Source: a virus
Length of the DNA: 64,000 bases
Direction: 5' to 3' (one strand)
IMG/VR virus record: IMGVR_UViG_3300029953_000001
Made by a program: the position numbers and the translations under genes. This document shows, piece by piece, positions 40,777-48,717 of the stretch (positions are counted from its first letter, which is position 1; every line of letters starts with the position of its first letter). The notes below the pieces were generated by a model. It saw nothing but the letters and a program-made list of their open reading frames with translations, was not told where the DNA came from and did no database searches.

Positions 40777-41169
40777 ATGGAAACGTTCGTAAAAGACATC
40801 AACGCCAAACTCCTTGGAGCCCAGCACGCCTACTATGTCCTCGCCGCCCCCATCATGACGGACGCCGAGTACGACACCCTCGAAGCCCAACTCAAGGGTG
40901 CTGTTGCCGCGAACCCGGACTTGGCGGAATTTGCGACCGCATTGAACGCCGTGGGTAGTGACATCGAAGATAGTCCGCTGACTTCCATGCTGAGGACTGT
41001 GGTTCCCAATCCCGCTGCGTTGGATGCAGCGATGGACAACCTCAACGCTCAAGCATCTGTCAGCACTGGTCGCATCAAGCACGTACGTCCCATGCTCTCC
41101 ATCGAGAACCAGTACACCAAGGATGACGTGGTGAAGTTCTTCAAGGAACTCCAAGGAACTCCAGACTAA
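40777..41169 (+). CDS. ligA: NAD-dependent DNA ligase, N-terminal fragment (domain Ia)
   Basis: HAYYVLAAPIMTDAEYDTL, VGSD, IKHVRPMLSIEN. Confidence 0.88.
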   Translation: METFVKDINAKLLGAQHAYYVLAAPIMTDAEYDTLEAQLKGAVAANPDLAEFATALNAVGSDIEDSPLTSMLRTVVPNPAALDAAMDNLNAQASVSTGRIKHVRPMLSIENQYTKDDVVKFFKELQGTPD

Positions 41170-41178
41170 GGGGACACT

Positions 41179-41406
41179 ATGAGAGCAGCCATTTACATAT
41201 GTGAAGCGCATGACGGTTGCATAGTCTCATGGACGCATGATGGGTTTCTCAACAAGTGCCCTATGTGTACCGCTAAAGACCAGATAGAGGAATTGAAACA
41301 AGTGATTGATGGGGCGGTTGAATTACTACCGGAGGCTCCTACACTTGCCAAGATAAACCTACAGAATATGACCACGATTTCAGGCGGAACGGAGGTAAAT
41401 TCATGA
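41179..41406 (+). CDS. hypothetical protein
   Basis: GGGGA RBS. Confidence 0.55.
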   Translation: MRAAIYICEAHDGCIVSWTHDGFLNKCPMCTAKDQIEELKQVIDGAVELLPEAPTLAKINLQNMTTISGGTEVNS

Positions 41407-41562
41407 GACCCAATGACATTATCTGCCCGTGTGGTGATGTATGTGGCAAGCGGTACCCCGCAACCGAGGTTGACCCCGGCTTTGCTGAGGGTATCGGCGA
41501 GAACTTTACATCGGAAGATGGTGCGTGGCACTGCTCACAGGACTGCCTTGATGAGAACAACG

Positions 41563-41916
41563 ATGAATAGCGAAATGAAAGCACAATTGACAGAGGCTAT
41601 AGTGCAGTATCTGAAGCTTTCTGGCCCGGTTGATTCAGATTATTGCATCGTAGCTCACTATGCTGTAGCGCGGAGCAACCTTATCTCGGTACTATCCAAA
41701 CTGAAGGAGGAAACTACCACGGTTCCACGCGACCTGTGTGGGGACATACAGGGACTACCCCCTGATGAGGTAGAATCATATCGGTTGGACGAGGCCCTCT
41801 TCGCGCTTACGGCTCTGGTCGAGGAGTTCAACTGCTTACCCAGAGTTCAGAAGACCTCAGTGCAAGAGTGCATGAAAGCCGCCAGAGACTACCGGGTGTT
41901 TGTGCCGACAGCCTGA
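41563..41916 (+). CDS. hypothetical protein
   Basis: Open frame; start uncertain. Confidence 0.5.
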   Translation: MNSEMKAQLTEAIVQYLKLSGPVDSDYCIVAHYAVARSNLISVLSKLKEETTTVPRDLCGDIQGLPPDEVESYRLDEALFALTALVEEFNCLPRVQKTSVQECMKAARDYRVFVPTA

Positions 41917-41922
41917 AGGAAC

Positions 41923-42615
41923 TTACCCCTGAAATTTTGCGGTCAGGTTTTTGTCACGGGTGAACCCCCCGCTATTACCGATGGCACTCTTAACTTGATT
42001 TGGATTCAAGGTAACATATGCGGTGGTACTCAGACCGTTGAAGGACTCTTCCATGAAGACACCATCATACCCGTTCTCCAACAGAACCCGTTTCGTCGCA
42101 GCTTTGCTCAGACCCAGATGCTCCCAAAAAGTGGCAGAAGCGTCCATGCGGTTCACCGCGTTCGGGCACTTGGAGTCGCCGGGGTGGGGTGGCCGACTCC
42201 CGCAAAGGAGACATGAGCCACTGCGAGATAGTGACCAACAGGGTGCGAAGAACTTGTCAGTTTTATTGGCACCGATAAACTCCGCATACTGCTGGCCGGT
42301 GATGGAGTCTTCCCCAAAGGGTCGAGCATCGAGCGGGTTGCCAATTTTCAAATACACAGGGATGGTCTTCGCCCCCTCAGGTCTTCCAAAAGTCCCACCA
42401 TTAGGGTTTCCGTGTCCCCCATCAGTGAACTTCTCACTATACTCAGGGTCAGGCGTGAAATAAGCCAAACCCGCGAAGGAGTCAAAATCAGCCGTAGTTC
42501 CATGATAGACACGGAGGGGCTGACCCACGCCGTCCACAACTTTAGACCCAGAGAACCATTGCTTGAACGCGGGTGTTTCTATTATCGGATTGAGAAACTT
42601 ACTCTGAAATTTCAT
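41923..42615 (-). CDS. ART-PolyVal-like ADP-ribosyltransferase domain protein
   Basis: TPAFKQWF..SKVVD..GQPLRVYHGT, YFT, PVYLKI.NP, GYDG, PNQVKSAIGN.G.F. Confidence 0.8.
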   Translation of the reverse strand: MKFQSKFLNPIIETPAFKQWFSGSKVVDGVGQPLRVYHGTTADFDSFAGLAYFTPDPEYSEKFTDGGHGNPNGGTFGRPEGAKTIPVYLKIGNPLDARPFGEDSITGQQYAEFIGANKTDKFFAPCWSLSRSGSCLLCGSRPPHPGDSKCPNAVNRMDASATFWEHLGLSKAATKRVLLENGYDGVFMEESFNGLSTTAYVTLNPNQVKSAIGNSGGFTRDKNLTAKFQG

Positions 42616-42654
42616 ACCTACTGTGGGTTTGATATTAGAAAAGGAGATGCACGG

Positions 42655-42987
42655 ATGAGCGACGAGGCTAAGAAAGAAATCGACAAGATTGTACGGGCAT
42701 CGCATGACTCTGGCTCTCATGTCGTATATGACATTTTTGATGGATTCAAAGCCCTGTCCCGTTTAGTGCAGGAACAAGGGCGTAAACGAACGGAGATGCT
42801 CAACGAGCGAAGAAGGAGAAAGGCCAGAGAAAGGTATGCCCTCAACAAGAAGCTGGGCATCCCCAACCGCAAACCAAAAGCGGCACCCGAACCGGAACTC
42901 CCGTATGAGGCTCCAACTAGCTGCTACTGTCATATGGGGTACCCTCCCTGTGGCTGGTGTACCAGAGAAATAGGGGATGAGGACTAA
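42655..42987 (+). CDS. hypothetical protein
   Basis: AAGGAG RBS; CYCH..PPCGWC. Confidence 0.65.
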   Translation: MSDEAKKEIDKIVRASHDSGSHVVYDIFDGFKALSRLVQEQGRKRTEMLNERRRRKARERYALNKKLGIPNRKPKAAPEPELPYEAPTSCYCHMGYPPCGWCTREIGDED

Positions 42988-43622
42988 ACACGTTTCATCA
43001 GTCTCCTCGCTTCCTCGGTGTGCTTCCACCCCTTTCCTCTAGCAGCACAGCCGGTTGGTGCCTGAGTTTGAAACCTTCGCTTCTGTGCCTCGCTTATGTT
43101 CTTCCTAGCTTCATCGGAGAATGGTTTATGCTTCTTCCCCTTATGAATCGCCGACAGCTTTGCTCTCACCGCAGCAGAGCGGGTCTCCCCCTTTCTACGG
43201 CGATTGGAGTCTGCAATTTTCTTCTTGGATTCCTCGGTGTGTCGGAACAGTTTCATCCTCTCTCTAATACCCTCAACCACCTGTGTCGAGTGTTTCCGAC
43301 CCGTCATCGGTGCCGTAGTGCTAACAGCCATGTTGTACTCGGCAGCAAGCGTTTTGATGTACCCAGCCTCCTTCTGACGCAGGTCTATCTCAAGCGTGTC
43401 CGGTGGGCATACTTCGAGGATTTCAAAAGCGAAGGCAACTTTACCATACAGGTTCCACGCGGCTTGAAGATGGGCGTTAGGGTGGGTGCCTTTGCTAAGC
43501 AGGGAAGAGTGTTTGTTGAATCGTTTTTGCGTCCACAGGGAACTCCCGATGTATAGCTTGCCGTTCACCAGATTGCGTATCTGGTAGATTGAAATAATTT
43601 TCTTCATATCCGCCGTTTTCAT
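42984..43622 (-). CDS. GIY-YIG homing endonuclease with NUMOD3 repeats
   Basis: SIYQIRNLVNGKLYIGSS; HTEESKKKI-type repeats. Confidence 0.92.
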   Translation of the reverse strand: MKTADMKKIISIYQIRNLVNGKLYIGSSLWTQKRFNKHSSLLSKGTHPNAHLQAAWNLYGKVAFAFEILEVCPPDTLEIDLRQKEAGYIKTLAAEYNMAVSTTAPMTGRKHSTQVVEGIRERMKLFRHTEESKKKIADSNRRRKGETRSAAVRAKLSAIHKGKKHKPFSDEARKNISEAQKRRFQTQAPTGCAARGKGWKHTEEARRLMKRV

Positions 43623-43651
43623 GTATCCTAGAAGTAGGAGAAAGTATCGAG

Positions 43652-45526
43652 ATGGAATCACCTGCGAGTTCCCTTACTAAGAATCCGGTAGTTTGTTTGT
43701 TTGAGGCCAAGCAAGACGGTGTTAGTGCCGAGCTATGCTACGTCAACGGGCGGCTGACCCAAGCTGTTACCCGTGGCACTGGCTCCGAAGGCGAGGATAT
43801 GACCGCTCAGGTCAGGGCTCTCCGTAATGTTCCTCAGGTTTTAGCTCAGGCTCCACTACTGGATATGGCAAAGGAGATTCGCGTTCGGGGCGAACTGGTC
43901 ATGCGTGACGGAGAACTCGACCGCATCAACGCGGAGGCGACTGCCAAAGGGGCTAAGACTTACGCATCAACCCGCAATCTTACTGCGGGAACTCTGAAAC
44001 AGAAAGACCTGTCAGTTGTCTCCAGCCGCGCCCTCATCCTGATACCGTGGGACATGTACTCCCCCACCGAAGACGCTAACTTGCCGGATTCGGCATATGA
44101 CCGGATGCAGCTATTGGAAAGTGTGGGGTTCCCCAAGTATCTCGGCATACGGGTGGAGAAGGAATCTGAAGTGATTCCCGCTATTGATGCTATCCTCGCT
44201 CTGAACTCCAAGTCCGACATCCGTGCAGACGGTGTGGTCATCAAGGTGGACTCGCACAAGCTTCGCAAGGAACTTGGCGTAGCATCGAAGTTCACGAACT
44301 GGATGACGTGCTTCAAGCCGCAGTCGGCATCAGGCACGACCTACCTCCGCGAAATCATCTGGCAGATTGGTCGTCAGGGTGCCCTCACCCCGGTGGCGAC
44401 GTGTGACCCGGTTGTGCTTGCTGGTGCATCGGTGACCCGTGCGACTCTCAACAACGAGACGTGGATTACCGCCATGGGCCTGAAGCTGGGAGCCAAGGTT
44501 GAGATGCTTCGCTCCGGCGATGTCATCCCGCAGATTACCAAGGTGCTGGACGACACTGGCGAGGACATCATCTTCCCCTCCGTCTGCCCTGAGTGCCAGA
44601 AGGTCATCACGGTATGGACTGACCCCAAGAGCAAAATCACCACTCGCTTCTGCGAGAACGGTGTATGCCCCGGTCGCGTGCGTGACCTGTTCAGCTACAT
44701 CGGCTCTCGCGACATCCTTGAAATTGATGGTCTGGCCGACGATATGGCGACCCGCATCATCAAGGGCGAGTTCGCACGCAACATCGGTGAGTTGTTCGAG
44801 TTCCAAGTTGAAGCTCTTCGTGAACTCAACATTCTTCAAGTCAAGTATGGTGAAGAGCCGGGTGAGACCAAGTTCCTTGCCTTGATGAACAAGCAGGGGT
44901 TCAACGTCACCGTCCTGAAGATGCTCCGCAGCATGGAGAAGGCCAAGACGGCCCCGTGGAACAAGTGGCTCTCTGCCTTCGGTATCCCGATGGTCGGTCG
45001 CACCTTGGGTAAGCTGCTGGCGAAGGAACTCAAGCTGGAGTCTGGTGACATGCTCACCCTGTGCTCCAAGCTGGAGGCTGCGTCCAAGAGCAACATCGAA
45101 GGCATGGGCGATGTCAAGAGCGAGATTCTGCTGAAGTGGTCTCTCGACCCTGTGAACCGTTCCATTTGCGAGGCCCTGTACCGTGCTGGTGTTCGTCCTG
45201 AGCCTACCGTCACGCAGAATGCAGGGGCTCAGCCTCTGGTTGGTGTGGCGTTCTGCATCACTGGCGAGTTTGACTTCGTAGACCGCGACGACCTCACGAA
45301 GAAGTTTGAATCTCTCGGTGCTGTTGCGAAGTCTGGCGTGTCCAAGAACCTCACCCACCTTATCGTGGGCGACTCCGGGGCCGGTAAGTCGAAGCTGACC
45401 AAGTTCGATGAACTGGTTGCCAAGGGTGCGAAGATTGAAAAGGTCGGGAAGGATTGGGTCGTCAAGACTCTGGCCGATGCTGGAGTCACGGTGAAGGCCG
45501 CAGGGTTTGCAACGGAGGCGGTCTAA
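43652..45526 (+). CDS. ligA: NAD-dependent DNA ligase, main fragment (adenylation, OB, Zn, HhH, BRCT)
   Basis: EAKQDG (KxDG), TRGTG..GED, RGE, DGVVIK, RATLNN, RSGDVIP, CPEC, FCITG. Confidence 0.93.
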   Translation: MESPASSLTKNPVVCLFEAKQDGVSAELCYVNGRLTQAVTRGTGSEGEDMTAQVRALRNVPQVLAQAPLLDMAKEIRVRGELVMRDGELDRINAEATAKGAKTYASTRNLTAGTLKQKDLSVVSSRALILIPWDMYSPTEDANLPDSAYDRMQLLESVGFPKYLGIRVEKESEVIPAIDAILALNSKSDIRADGVVIKVDSHKLRKELGVASKFTNWMTCFKPQSASGTTYLREIIWQIGRQGALTPVATCDPVVLAGASVTRATLNNETWITAMGLKLGAKVEMLRSGDVIPQITKVLDDTGEDIIFPSVCPECQKVITVWTDPKSKITTRFCENGVCPGRVRDLFSYIGSRDILEIDGLADDMATRIIKGEFARNIGELFEFQVEALRELNILQVKYGEEPGETKFLALMNKQGFNVTVLKMLRSMEKAKTAPWNKWLSAFGIPMVGRTLGKLLAKELKLESGDMLTLCSKLEAASKSNIEGMGDVKSEILLKWSLDPVNRSICEALYRAGVRPEPTVTQNAGAQPLVGVAFCITGEFDFVDRDDLTKKFESLGAVAKSGVSKNLTHLIVGDSGAGKSKLTKFDELVAKGAKIEKVGKDWVVKTLADAGVTVKAAGFATEAV

Positions 45527-45768
45527 ATGGCGGACAAGCAAGTTCATATGGTTGTGGTCATTCCTGAGAACGCCACGAGTCAGGAGGAAGAGCATGAAGC
45601 TGTCACACGCAACTCTTCTCAAGTGCTTAGAGAACATTAAGTGAGACTTAAGAACTGCAAAAACTGTGGTGAGCCCTTCGAGCCTGTAGGCTGGGAGTGT
45701 CTATGCCCGGAGTGCAAACTGGAACGTGAGATTGAAGCCGAAGAAGAACGTGAAGCACGGAGGCAGAA

Positions 45769-45987
45769 ATGAAACTACTGACCGAAGAGCAACTCGAAAA
45801 GCTGAACACTAAGCGGCTTTTGGGCGTCCGTCGTGCTCTCACCAAGCGGATGGGATTCGTTGGGGCTCATCTGGAGCCGGGTGATGGCAACGAATGGGCC
45901 GTCAAAGAGTTCAACGAAGTTCTGCTGCCCTACGATGTAATCCTGCGTCGGGTGCTGGCAAAGCGTGAGCACGTAGCGAGACAGTAG
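45769..45987 (+). CDS. hypothetical protein
   Basis: GGAGG RBS. Confidence 0.65.
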   Translation: MKLLTEEQLEKLNTKRLLGVRRALTKRMGFVGAHLEPGDGNEWAVKEFNEVLLPYDVILRRVLAKREHVARQ

Positions 45988-46097
45988 GAGCCGATGTCAC
46001 CAATCGCCTACACCCATGAAGAGGCCCGTATCCTGTACGAGCAAGCCCTTGAAGCCGGGGAGATTCTAAGCTACAGCGAAATAATTCAAAAAATAGT

Positions 46098-46127
46098 TGT
46101 TCACTTTTCGAACTTTGGTAGTATTAT
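46098..46127 (+). promoter_or_regulatory. class A promoter of tRNA array 1
   Basis: TGTTCA-N18-TATTAT; leader ATG 6 nt downstream. Confidence 0.75.
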
Positions 46128-46133
46128 ACAGAC

Positions 46134-46211
46134 ATGAAGAACACGTTATCCATATCGTCAAGCTCTACCTCATCCAGTTCATGGACTGGCGGCGGCGTGG
46201 TGAACGTTTGA
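46134..46211 (+). CDS. Ser-rich attenuator leader peptide MKNTLSISSSSTSSSSWTGGGVVNV
   Basis: 9 Ser using all 6 codons plus TTA and ATA; lies between promoter and terminator ahead of tRNA-Ser/Leu/Ile genes. Confidence 0.8.
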   Translation: MKNTLSISSSSTSSSSWTGGGVVNV

Positions 46212-46249
46212 TACTGTGGATAAGTAAACACAGACTTCAGCAAGATACC

Positions 46250-46276
46250 AAAGCCGCCCAACTCGGGTGGCTTTTT
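46250..46276 (+). terminator. attenuator terminator 1
   Basis: AAAGCCGCCC-AACTC-GGGTGGCTTTTT; its 5' arm can alternatively pair with GGCGGC-G-TGGTG at 46191-46202. Confidence 0.85.
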
Positions 46277-46282
46277 AGTTTT

Positions 46283-46372
46283 GGAGAGATGGCAGAGTGG
46301 TCGATTGCACCACCTTGGAAAGGTGGCATACTCGCAAGGGTATCGAGGGTTCGAATCCCTCTTTCTCCGCCA
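46283..46372 (+). tRNA. tRNA-Ser(GGA)
   Basis: Cloverleaf, long variable arm, G73, CCA. Confidence 0.95.
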
Positions 46373-46386
46373 ACTTGTAAGCTTTA

Positions 46387-46493
46387 CTTTACTGTTGGGT
46401 GAGCGGCTTAAACCTAACTATGATGAAGTTCTTCGGGAAGTGTCATAGCACGAAGTACCGGGGTACCGCTGGTTCGAATCCAGCACAGAAAGG
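46387..46493 (+). ncRNA. tRNA-like RNA with extended hairpin in place of the anticodon arm
   Basis: Class II D arm, variable arm and GCTGG-TTCGAAT-CCAGC T arm; no CCA. Confidence 0.6.
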
Positions 46494-46498
46494 TTTGC

Positions 46499-46948
46499 AT
46501 GAAGTTCGATACGTACGTGGATGTACAGTGGAAGATTTGTGTGCAGTGTGGTGCTGAGCGGGTCTTCGGTAAGGAAGCCGAAGCGGTCGCGGAACGTATG
46601 GTGGGCAGGGGTACTCCACGTGAAGAGGCTGATGCCTATGTCCGAGAGGGTAACTGCTATCTGGAGTGTCCGACACCGGAGAAGCATAAGCCGGGGATGC
46701 CGATGGTACCGCTGGAGGAACTTGAGCACGAAGCGTACTACCACGGGAAGTGCCGCAACGCCACAGTAGCCCGGTGGGACGCGGAGAAGAAGCGGTTCAC
46801 GTACATGCGTGAGAAGTTTGGGCAGGTATACCCGGAGACGATTGGCTACTTTGTTGAGGCCAAGCCGGGGGAGCACAGATTTGATGAGTTCAAGCCATAC
46901 GGGAAGATGGAAGTCCCGCCGTTTGAAATCAAGTTGTATCAGAATTAA
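46499..46948 (+). CDS. hypothetical protein
   Basis: YYHGKCRNATVARWD. Confidence 0.75.
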   Translation: MKFDTYVDVQWKICVQCGAERVFGKEAEAVAERMVGRGTPREEADAYVREGNCYLECPTPEKHKPGMPMVPLEELEHEAYYHGKCRNATVARWDAEKKRFTYMREKFGQVYPETIGYFVEAKPGEHRFDEFKPYGKMEVPPFEIKLYQN

Positions 46949-47064
46949 GTTCAACGCCAAAATAAATGTGAGGTCAGCCGCTCATATTGCCTGAAAGCTG
47001 GACATATACAAGTGAGGGGTTAATTCTAAGCCGCCCCCAGCGTATGTACCAACAGGAGGCATTT

Positions 47065-47286
47065 ATGAGCATGACACACATTCGCAAGGCCACTGAGGCC
47101 GAGCACAACGCAGCGAAGCTGTTGCAAGCGGCACGATTGATTGGTGAGGTTGCAGCAGGGTACGACCGGAAGAGCAGCACCTGTGAGTGCTGTGGTCTGA
47201 CGGTTCAGGCCAACCGGCCCGAGTTCCTGAGGGGCATCGAATTGGATGCCATGGTGAAGAAGCTCGAACGGTTCGGTGGTTCGTAA
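47065..47286 (+). CDS. hypothetical protein
   Basis: GGAGG RBS; CECCG. Confidence 0.65.
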   Translation: MSMTHIRKATEAEHNAAKLLQAARLIGEVAAGYDRKSSTCECCGLTVQANRPEFLRGIELDAMVKKLERFGGS

Positions 47287-47292
47287 AAGTTT

Positions 47293-47378
47293 GGAGAGTG
47301 GGCAGGACGGTAATGCAGCAGTTTGCTAAACTGTACAACCGCAAGGTTGACCGGGTTCGACCCCCGGACTCTCCGCCA
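47293..47378 (+). tRNA. tRNA-Ser(GCT)
   Basis: Cloverleaf, long variable arm, CCA. Confidence 0.95.
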
Positions 47379-47383
47379 AAATT

Positions 47384-47471
47384 GGAGGCGTTGGGCATGT
47401 GCTAAGCCCACCCCGCTCGAAACGGGACGTTCCGCAAGGACTTGGGGGTTGAACTCCCTCCGCCTCCGCCA
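47384..47471 (+). tRNA. tRNA-Ser(CGA), atypical D and T loops
   Basis: Cloverleaf, CCA; D loop lacks GG, T loop TTGAACT. Confidence 0.85.
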
Positions 47472-47678
47472 AAATTTATGAAAGGTATTGCATGAGCGAA
47501 CTGTACTATCCCGAGTGCGACGGTCATCTGTTCAATGAGCAGATTCCAGCACAGGAGTTCCCTTCGGATACGAAGGCAGTCAAGTATTACAAGAGCAGGT
47601 ACGGTGGGCTCTTGATGGCAGTTGTCAAGGACAATGACCCGCAGTTGAGCATTGTCTACACTAGGAAATAAAAGTTTG

Positions 47679-47771
47679 GGAAGGTTGGCAGAGCGGTCGA
47701 TTGCGCTAGTCTTGAAAACTAGAGTGTCCTAGTGATAGGCACCGTGGGTTCGAATCCGACACCTTCCTCCA
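47679..47771 (+). tRNA. tRNA-Ser(TGA)
   Basis: Cloverleaf, long variable arm, U73, CCA. Confidence 0.92.
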
Positions 47772-47774
47772 GTT

Positions 47775-47916
47775 TGTACATACGCCGTGAAGCAGTCAGG
47801 CAAGACTGATACTACCAAGCATCGACGGGTACTTGGCTTTCTGGTGAGAAGAACCCTCAGTTGGGTACGGGGAACTGCCGCAAGGCGACGTGGATTGAAC
47901 CCTGACCGGATGTGCA
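47775..47916 (+). ncRNA. candidate multibranch structured RNA
   Basis: TGTACAT/ATGTGCA closing stem with several internal hairpins. Confidence 0.45.
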
Positions 47917-48107
47917 TGTTTATAGGAACGTATGACCCGCGAAGAGAAGGCTGAAAGAGTTCTACAAATCGCTGAGAAGTTCATCGCTGACCAGAAGATT
48001 GTGTGCTCTGAAGCGGTGTACCAGTCCGACCGGGTGATTGAGAACGCTTACGAGTTCATCGAAGCCATTTGTAACGTGGCCGGGTATTTCGAGTATGATG
48101 AAGATTA

Positions 48108-48184
48108 GTGCCCTTAGCTCAATTGGTCAGAGCGACGTGCTCATAACGCGGGGGTTCTCGGTTCAAGCCCGAGAGGGCGCACCA
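48108..48184 (+). tRNA. tRNA CAT anticodon, probably Ile2 (lysidine; reads AUA)
   Basis: Cloverleaf, G1-C72, C4-G69 and C5-G68, A73, CCA. Confidence 0.85.
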
Positions 48185-48212
48185 ACATTTCAAATTGGGA
48201 GTATTGGGTTAG

Positions 48213-48473
48213 ATGAACGAAGGCCAAATTTCCGATGAGCAAGTAGATCAGTTGAACAGCTACGAGCCGGTGAAGGAAGCGAGGACAAAGTTCCTCAAGC
48301 TTCTCGCCGCCTATGTGAAGACTGAGCCGAGTGACCCTGAGTTATTGGCTAAGGTCAAGGAAGCTGAAGTAGAGTACGAAGCTGAGTTCGCTGAGCGGCT
48401 CAAGCATGTGGTGGAGAACCCGCCGCAACCGAAGTCGATTCCACTACGCACAAGGACAGGATTCAAAGAATGA
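48213..48473 (+). CDS. hypothetical protein (leaderless)
   Basis: GTATTG 12 nt upstream of ATG. Confidence 0.65.
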   Translation: MNEGQISDEQVDQLNSYEPVKEARTKFLKLLAAYVKTEPSDPELLAKVKEAEVEYEAEFAERLKHVVENPPQPKSIPLRTRTGFKE

Positions 48474-48525
48474 ACACCGCTTTCACAACCCGCTTACGAA
48501 TACCCAACTCCAATTGAATAAATAT

Positions 48526-48612
48526 GGCGGCGTGGCTGGAACGGTATACACAGGAGACTTAAAATCTCTGGCCCTTCGGGGCATGAGGGTTCGAATCCCT
48601 CCGCCGCTACCA
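48526..48612 (+). tRNA. tRNA-Leu(TAA)
   Basis: Cloverleaf, long variable arm, A73, CCA. Confidence 0.92.
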
Positions 48613-48622
48613 AAAAGCTTAG

Positions 48623-48717
48623 GCTCCCGTAGCGTAGTGGTCTAACGCAACCGCCTTATAACCGGTTTAGCTCCAGATTAGAGCAAGACGTAGGTTCGAA
48701 TCCTACCGGGAGTACCA
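48623..48717 (+). tRNA. tRNA-Ile(TAT) with 23-nt variable region
   Basis: Acceptor GCTCCCG/CGGGAGT, loop CTTATAA, GCTC/GAGC variable hairpin, CCA. Confidence 0.8.

Noticed and set aside
41170-43651. Self-splicing intron or intein joining the ligase halves
   Set aside because: No recognisable group I/II core or intein motifs; the interval holds ordinary genes on both strands and the second half has its own RBS
48470-48517. Third leader peptide (MNTAFTTRLRIPNSN with TTA and ATA) before tRNA-Leu/Ile
   Set aside because: No terminator between it and the tRNA; could be a gene relic, although the codon match is curious
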